A DNA stretch of 64,000 nucleotides, from the NCBI GenBank assembly GCA_963704165.1, contig CAVPHD010000005.1, positions 192,001-256,000 on the forward strand, written 5' to 3'. This DNA is from an uncultured delta proteobacterium (GTDB lineage: Bacteria > Myxococcota_A > UBA9160 > SZUA-336). Within the stretch, counting starts at the first letter, position 1. Every line of letters begins with the position of its first letter. This document shows positions 60,343 to 64,000 of this stretch, in pieces. The position numbers were made by a program, and so were the translations under genes. The notes under the pieces were generated by a model, which was given only the letters and a program-made list of their open reading frames with translations, was not told the origin of the DNA and searched no databases.

Positions 60343-60957
60343 TCAGCGCGCGAGCTCGCCGAGTCGCTTCTGGATCCAACGCCGATACAGCTCGGCGGGA
60401 TGTGCGCCGGTGATCGCGGTATCCGTGCCGGCCATCTGCACGGCCGGAACTCCGCCCACGCCGAGCTCGACGGCCTGGTTGTGCTCCTCGCTCACCTGCT
60501 GGAGCAACGCGGGATCCGCCGCGCGCGCGAACTCCCGCTCCGGCAGGCCCGACTCGAGCCAGATCGCACGCAGCGTCGCCTCGTTCGAGATGTCGCGGTT
60601 GCGCGCGAAGTAGGCGTGAAGGAGGGCTCCGTGAACGCGCTCGAAGGATTCGCGGCCGAGCGAAGCCGCAGCCTTCGCGACGAGGTGCGGCGGAAGGCTG
60701 TGAGACGGCGGCCCCTCGTCGCTCTGCCAGACCTGGAATACCGCTTCCGGCTCCTCCTCCGACGCGCGGCGCCACGATTCGGTGTAGCGACGGAACTTCT
60801 CGAGGCTGCGGCCCGGCTCGGGATGCGGGCGGAGCAGAAAGCTCTTCCACCGCAGCTCGATCGCGTCGCCGAACTCGCTCTCGATCTCTCGCAGCCGGAC
60901 CGCCGCGACGTTGCACCATGGTCAGAGGTAGTCGGACCAGACGTTCAGAACGACCAT
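60343..60957 (-). CDS. DsbA/FrnE-like thioredoxin-fold protein with in-frame TGA at the catalytic position (selenoprotein candidate, UPWC)
   Basis: Hand translation: MVVLNVWSDYL(TGA)PWCNVAAVRL...WKSFLLRP...LLHAYF..NRDIS...GVGGVPAV..ITGAHP; 204 codons, otherwise open. Confidence 0.85.
60889..60908 (-). promoter_or_regulatory. Putative bacterial SECIS hairpin
   Basis: UCGCGGC-GGUCCG-GCUGCGA 7-bp stem; G-starting apical loop begins 20 nt after the UGA (60922-60924). Confidence 0.6.
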
Positions 60958-60987
60958 GCTCGCGAGCCTAGCACGTGCCCGGCGGGT

Positions 60988-62052
60988 TCATTCCTTCGGC
61001 AACAGGGCTTCGAAGCGCGCCTTCTCGGTGGCCTTCAGGTAGGCGTCGTGCGGGGTGACGCGCTTGCTCTGCACGAGCTCGAAGAGCGCGTCGTCCATCA
61101 GCTGCATGCCGTCCTGTTTGCCCTGCTGGATGAACGAGCCGAGCATCGAGACGTTCGCCTCGCGGATGATGTTCGGCAGCGCCTTCGTCTTCAGCATGAT
61201 CTCGTTCGCGGGGACGCGATCCTTGCCGTCGGCGGCGGGCAGCAGTAGCTGCGAGACGACGGCGGCCAGGGAGTCGGCGAGCGAGAGGCGCGCTTGCGCC
61301 TGCTCGTCGGCGGGAAACGTGTCGATGATGCGGTCGATCGTCTTGGGGGCGCTGTTCGTGTGCAGCGTTCCGAAGACGAGCAGGCCCATTTCGGCTGCGG
61401 TCAACGCCAGTGAGATCGTCTCGTAGTCGCGCATCTCGCCGACGAGGACCACGTCGGCGTCCTGGCGGATCGCGGCGCGAAGACCCGGGCCGAAGCCCTT
61501 CGTGTGCGAGCCGATCTCGCGATGCGAGAAGATGCTCTTCTGGTTCTGGTGCACGAACTCGATCGGCTCCTCGAGCGTGAGGATGTGTCTCGAGCGGGTG
61601 CGGTTGATTCGATCGATGATGGCTGCCAGCGTCGTCGACTTCCCCGAGCCCGTCGGTCCGGTCACGACGACCAGGCCCTTGCGGAGCTCGGCGAGCGACT
61701 CGATCGCCTTCGGCAGCTTAAGATCCTCGAGCGGGACGATCTTCTCGGGGATCATTCGGAGAACGGCCCCCGCGCCGCGCTCCTGCACGAAGAAGTTCGC
61801 GCGAAAGCGCGCCACGCTCTCGAGCCCATAGGCGAAGTCGAGGTCGTGGCATTCCGTGTAGCTGGCCCACTGCGCTTCGGTCGTGATCTCGCGCATCAGC
61901 TTGCGCAGGCCCGCGTCGTCGAGTGGCGTCGCCCCTGCGACCGGACGCAGCTCGCCGTTCACGCGCACGCGAGGATCGATCCCCGCGGCCAGATGCAGGT
62001 CGGACCCGCCGTGCTGCTTCAAGTACCGAAGAAGGTCGTCGATCTGCGCCAA
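60988..62052 (-). CDS. pilT: Type IV pilus retraction ATPase PilT family
   Basis: SDLHL, RFRANFF, GPTGSGKSTTLAA, EEPIEF, VLVGEMRD, GTLHT, GMQLMD. Confidence 0.92.
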   Translation of the reverse strand: MAQIDDLLRYLKQHGGSDLHLAAGIDPRVRVNGELRPVAGATPLDDAGLRKLMREITTEAQWASYTECHDLDFAYGLESVARFRANFFVQERGAGAVLRMIPEKIVPLEDLKLPKAIESLAELRKGLVVVTGPTGSGKSTTLAAIIDRINRTRSRHILTLEEPIEFVHQNQKSIFSHREIGSHTKGFGPGLRAAIRQDADVVLVGEMRDYETISLALTAAEMGLLVFGTLHTNSAPKTIDRIIDTFPADEQAQARLSLADSLAAVVSQLLLPAADGKDRVPANEIMLKTKALPNIIREANVSMLGSFIQQGKQDGMQLMDDALFELVQSKRVTPHDAYLKATEKARFEALLPKE

Positions 62053-62068
62053 CCCGTTCCCCTCGTTC

Positions 62069-63565
62069 CTACGTGCTCGGGATCAGTTTCGGATCGTCGG
62101 CGTGCAGAAGGGCGTCTTCGCGCGTCACGTCTCCCGACTTCACGAGCTGCATCAGCGACGTGTCGAGCAGGTTCATTCCCTGAGCGCTGCCCGTCTGCAT
62201 CATCGATCGGATCTGGATCGTTTCGTTCTTCCGGATCAGATTTCCGACGGCGCGGTTCATGGTCAGAACCTCGACCGCAGGGGTCATGCCCTTTCCATTG
62301 GCGCGCGGCAGCAGGCGCTGCGAGACGACCGCGCGCAGCGACTCCGAGAGCATCGCGCGGGCCTGTTCCTGTTGGTCGGGCGGGAACGATCCGATCATCC
62401 GATTCACGGTGCGCAGCGCGTTGTCGGTGTGCAGCGTCGCGAGCACGAGGTGCCCGGTCTCCGCGGCGGTCATGGCGAGCGAGATCGTCTCGCGGTCACG
62501 CAACTCCCCGATCACGATCACGTCGGGATCTTCGCGGAGTGCAGCTCGAAGCGCGCGCGCGAAGGACTCGGTGTGCCGCTTCACGTGGCGCTGATTCACG
62601 ATGCAGCGCTTCGAGGGGTGGAGGTACTCGATCGGGTCCTCGACCGTCAGGATGTGCTCGGCGCGCTCCTCGTTGATCAGATTCACGAGCGCGGCCATCG
62701 TCGAGGACTTCCCGCACGCCGAAGGACCGGTGATCAGCACCATGCCTTGGTGGAAGTTCACGAACTTCGCGAACGCCGACGGCAGCCGCAGATCCGCCAA
62801 CGTCGGCGGTTGGAGGGAGATGCGCCGCAGGGTCGCATCGAGCCCGCGGAGCTGGCGATAGACGTTCAAGCGGAAACGCGCGAGACCCTTGACGGTGTAG
62901 CTGAGGTCGATCTCGCCGTCGGACTCGAGTACCGCGCGCTCGTCCGCCGACAGAATCGGAAGGATCAGTCGCTCCGCATCGGCCTGCGTGACCTTCGTGT
63001 CGGGCACCTCACACAACGCGCCTCGCACTCGCACGTGCATCGTCGCGCCGCTGTGCAGGTGAACGTCGCTCGCGCCCCGGCCGGCGGCTTCGATCAACAG
63101 CGTGTCGAGACCGCGATCGAGAGCAATCGCGCCCATCGCGCTCGTCGTCGGGTTCGGGCGCGCGGGAATCGGGCTCACCTCGCGTGCCGTCGCCGGGGCG
63201 GGGACGGCCTTCCGCGCATGCTCGCGGGCGGCCTGACCGTCCGTTTCCGTCCCGATCTCGACGGCGGGGCGCGCGACCGGCGGGGTCTGCGCAGCGACTC
63301 GAGGCTTCACCGCCGATTCGCCCGCGGCGGCCTTCTTCTGCTCGGCTCGCTCCAGGACGGCCTTCTGCAGATCGAGCGCCCGCTGGAGCTGCGTCGGGGA
63401 GAGAAATCCGAGCTCGACGAGCACTTCGCCCAACCGTTTCTCGACTCCACTGCGGCCCTGCTCGCGTGTCGCCTGCGCGAGCTGATCGACCGTGATCAGC
63501 TTCGCCGACAGCGCCACGCGGCCGAGCAGCTGGTCGGACGCGTCGGTGGTCGGGGAGTTGGGCAT
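62069..63565 (-). CDS. pilT: PilT-family ATPase with N-terminal MshEN-like domain
   Basis: N-terminal RLGEVLVELGFLSPTQLQRALDLQ; Pro/Ala linker; ASDVHL, GPSACGKSST, EDPIEY, ALREDPD, ATLHT, AVGNLIRK. Confidence 0.9.
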   Translation of the reverse strand: MPNSPTTDASDQLLGRVALSAKLITVDQLAQATREQGRSGVEKRLGEVLVELGFLSPTQLQRALDLQKAVLERAEQKKAAAGESAVKPRVAAQTPPVARPAVEIGTETDGQAAREHARKAVPAPATAREVSPIPARPNPTTSAMGAIALDRGLDTLLIEAAGRGASDVHLHSGATMHVRVRGALCEVPDTKVTQADAERLILPILSADERAVLESDGEIDLSYTVKGLARFRLNVYRQLRGLDATLRRISLQPPTLADLRLPSAFAKFVNFHQGMVLITGPSACGKSSTMAALVNLINEERAEHILTVEDPIEYLHPSKRCIVNQRHVKRHTESFARALRAALREDPDVIVIGELRDRETISLAMTAAETGHLVLATLHTDNALRTVNRMIGSFPPDQQEQARAMLSESLRAVVSQRLLPRANGKGMTPAVEVLTMNRAVGNLIRKNETIQIRSMMQTGSAQGMNLLDTSLMQLVKSGDVTREDALLHADDPKLIPST

Positions 63566-63880
63566 GGGCGGCTGAGGTATCGGCAGCCGTTCGGTGCGTT
63601 GTGAGGGACGGGGGGCCTGCGATTGGATGTGGCGAACACCCCACGATCCGACTCCAGGGTCGGGGCGAATGTGGCGAAAACCCTGCAGCGTGCAGCAGAT
63701 CGGCAAGCCAGCGCATTTAGATCAGATATTTCAACTAGTTAGACGAGATCGGCGACACCGGGGAAGGCGTTTCCGGAGCGCGGGGATCGACACGAAGAGC
63801 CGCTGGCGCGTCACGCGACGCTGTAGTTTCCCACTCTCATGCGGTAGGCTGGTGAAATCGCCTCGGAGGGACCCCCCGTA

Positions 63881-64000
63881 ATGCTCATGCGGAAGTTGCT
63901 CGGATTCTGTACCCGGGCGCCAGCAGCGTTCGTCGCCTTGGCGCTGGGATTGGTCGCCCAGCCAAGCTTCGCATTGCCCGTCGTGTGCGAGCCGCCGGCT
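63881..64000 (+). CDS. Start of a probable secreted protein (runs off the window)
   Basis: SD ggaggg; MLMRKLLGFCTRAPAAFVALALGLVAQPSFA signal-peptide-like. Confidence 0.5.
   Translation, partial: MLMRKLLGFCTRAPAAFVALALGLVAQPSFALPVVCEPPA

Noticed and set aside
60251..61248. Track ORFs 60251-60919 (-) and 60400-61248 (+) as the gene in this gap
   Set aside because: Neither looks like a protein; the third minus frame gives a clear FrnE/DsbA sequence with an in-frame TGA
63803..63822. Sigma54 promoter at CTGGCGCG
   Set aside because: No GC at the required -12 spacing

Overview
High-GC bacterial chromosomal window with no CRISPR, tRNA/rRNA, prophage or IS element recognised. Gene content suggests Myxococcota or a related deltaproteobacterial lineage (inference). 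It carries alkaline phosphatase and dadA-like genes; a divergent crotonyl-CoA carboxylase/reductase-like enzyme with a FadR regulator; a six-gene alternative complex III (actABCDEF); a ~1,700-codon single-chain biotin carboxylase broken by about a dozen frameshifts; hisI; a metallothionein; pduO-pyrE; ecm(meaA)-meaB; aconitase; a cheAWBRY-MCP cluster plus cheY/cheX; pgi; dinB; rapA-like helicase; and two pilT. Main observations: (1) back-to-back cobalamin riboswitches control a BtuB-type receptor plus a dockerin-tailed secreted protein in one direction, and a PEP-CTERM protein resembling Bacteroidota BtuH B12-binding domains in the other, a candidate surface B12-capture system; (2) a DsbA/FrnE-like selenoprotein candidate (UPWC motif plus SECIS-like hairpin) that the ORF track misses; (3) MshEN-like c-di-GMP modules on a PilT retraction ATPase and inside CheA; (4) a Cys-rich secreted pseudo-phosphatase. 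All family calls come from motif recognition by eye; no searches were run.
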